DNA of 52,954 nucleotides, filler included, from Stramenopiles sp. TOSAG23-3 (Eukaryota): NCBI GenBank assembly GCA_900128585.1. It is 4 parts of 4 records of this genome, joined end to end, with 100 filler letters (N's around TTAATTAATTAA, not from the genome) between each part and the next. Parts side by side here need not be neighbours in the genome. Positions count along the whole stretch, not along the records: positions 50,931 to 52,954 come from LT645146.1; 3 more parts are not named here. One strand, 5' to 3'. Shown piece by piece: positions 50,932 to 52,954 of this stretch (position 1 is its first letter; each line of letters starts with the position of its first letter). The notes under the pieces were generated by a model. It saw only the letters and a program-made list of their open reading frames with translations, ran no database searches and was not told where the DNA came from. The position numbers and the translations under genes were made by a program.

Positions 50932-52953
50932 TCAAGTCTGCTATTAGCGACACGCAAAATATTAGGTCTAAACGATAATGGTCACATTCGCATTGGAAAG
51001 CTTGTTAACGAGGGTATATCATCGGGGCCTTGGTACATCAAATTACGGGGCAGTAATTTCTGGATTCTTCCCGACAGGTTGAAATCCGGCTCAAGCTGGG
51101 GGCGTAATCAACATGTCTCACAATTGCATGAAGTTTCGGCGTCAATTATATCCAATCTGGAGAAACATGCGCATGTCTACGTGGTGGAGGAATGGGACCA
51201 GTCTCTGCATTTGGGGGACAAAGATGATGTTTTTCGATCGACTGCTTTGGATGTTGCTGCACTGCAGGCATGGAGTCACGTTGATACCTCGCGCTCCATT
51301 GTGTACCAAAACGGGGTAAATAACCAACAGTATTTTTTTAAACCGAAGAAAGATAGCTCGGACCAAGCACTGCAAGTCAGTAGACCATATCAAACAAACA
51401 CCATAATAAACGCGGCAGGGGCGTCACATGATTTTAATCTGCATAGGTTTAGTGGCTGTTCGTCAAAGGACAAATCTTCAGGTTATGCTGCTGTCCAAAA
51501 AGTTATAGTTGCGTACAGTGTTGCTTCCATATACCTTACAAATTTTGATTTTTTTCGATCTGCCAGTTTTAATGATAGAAGTGACACTATTGCGACACTT
51601 GAAGGAACAGGCGTCCTTACTTTGGACGGGGCATACATTCTACATGCATCGGACGCTCAATTTAGTATACTCAGAGTTAGCGTGGATTTTGATGGGGTCG
51701 CAACCGTTCATTTGTATGAAGATACGGATATCTTTTGGCAGGCTACATCCAGATTTTCATCGGGAATATCAGGGGAACACATTGTTCTCGTGTCCGGCTC
51801 TGATTTTCCACCATTGAATGGGGAATTTCGACTGCTGCAAAATGTTTCTTCAAACCCGCAAGTACGTTTTCTTGCAACACAAATACCCCATGGCCAATAT
51901 TTTGGGGGAAGTATTATGTCTTCACCCGTGGTGAATGTATCTACTGAATTTGCCGCTGATGGTGTGTACTCTCATAGGGGCGCAGAACTGCGGCCTGGGG
52001 TTCAAGGCTTTACTGTATGTACCAATTCCTCTCATGGGCAAATGTATGTGCTGAAGAAAAGCATTTTCTTGCTTCAGAAACCCAACCCTAGTATGGTTAA
52101 TTTTAGCTTTGCTGTCTTTCCAAAAACACACGACGCTTTTCGAGCTTATCGTGTTTCTGAGGTAGTCTTGAGAATACACGAGGCCTTCTACTTGAACAGT
52201 TTGTTAGAGGTAGACGTAGAAAAGACGAACATGGTTAATACTGGAGAAGTAGCCCATATATCCTGTGAGAATACAAATTTGAGCTTGATGGGGACCATAA
52301 TTTCTGCATTGAAAGGTGCGGAAACATTGAAGCTGTATATCAAGCTGGTGGCACATGAATTTATTGACGCGTACTTCCCATGCGAACGTGGGCGTTTGAA
52401 GCTGTTTGGGAGGATTATATTCCAGCATCTAGACAAGTGTGCTCCTGGTTCTTCTTTGTTAAATACGGCAGTAACTGTTGTTTCCATGAAGAGATTGGAT
52501 CCCAGGAGCAGCAAATTTAAAATATCTTTTAATCAAAAGATACGAACCTTTGTCGGTAAAGAATATTTTTTGTCAACGCAAATGTCCAGCAGCACCACCT
52601 ATCTTAGTGGCTCATTTTTTGCCGAGGCTGATGCTTCGAACCGGACTGAGACTATTCTTCTCGAAAGTTTTGACAATGCCAATGTTTCCCAGTTTCCAGA
52701 AAGCATGGTATTGTATCCTTACGTACCAATTCGGTTGGCAATTTTTCGGGGTATGGATAGCACAGTGCATATTCATTCTCCGGGTGTCACATCTCTCCTT
52801 GCCAAGGACACTTTTGTCTGGATAAACACCCCACATGGTATTACCAGAGCAAAAGCAAAGATTAATAGGCATCTCACAGTGGATGTCAAAACTATGAATA
52901 TTACCAATACGACCACGACACACGGTGGGGTTGAGCATTTGATTAGCTTACAC
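50932..52953 (+). CDS. Internal fragment (674 codons, open at both ends) of a large unknown protein, absent from the ORF track
   Basis: Manual translation from 50932 (SSLLLATRKILGLNDNGHIRIGK...THGGVEHLISLH) shows no stop up to the window end; multiple N-x-S/T sequons. Confidence 0.82.
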
Positions 52954-52954
52954 T

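Noticed and set aside
1..52954. tRNA, rRNA or vault RNA genes
   Set aside because: No cloverleaf, rRNA signature or convincing Pol III A/B-box pair seen by eye; tRNAscan-SE and Infernal are needed to exclude them.

Overview
Eukaryotic, intron-poor, standard-code DNA with GC-rich coding regions separated by AT-rich, microsatellite-filled intergenic tracts. An axonemal dynein intermediate chain plus mitochondrial COX10/MRPS6 point to a flagellated aerobic protist; stramenopile-like is my guess only. The window is a pseudo-scaffold of four contigs (1-24306, 24407-48703, 48804-50830, 50931-52954) joined by 44N-TTAATTAATTAA-44N spacers, so adjacency across spacers is not biological. Recognisable genes: spliced F-box/ankyrin, MFS transporter, major vault protein, IGHMBP2-like helicase, SET protein, DNAI2-like, COX10, RNI-like LRR, voltage-sensor-like 4TM protein, MRPS6, DDX54/DBP10, TIMELESS and two C2HC-finger proteins. 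Best candidate for an undescribed system: a secreted 876-aa protein (5650-8280) built like a bacterial polymorphic toxin, with signal peptide, helical bundle with hydrophobic hairpin, linker and a TNT/Tne2-like NAD+-targeting domain. Other highlights: an MVP apparently lacking about 22 residues of its cap helix, TIMELESS carrying an extra telobox-like Myb and a fascin-like beta-trefoil, an MSS51-like/R3H/IGHMBP2 fusion, a SAM-domain DOT1-like pseudoenzyme, an inverted-repeat-bounded element with an orphan ORF, and a 674-codon open frame missed by the ORF track. All family calls are from motif recognition by eye, not database searches.
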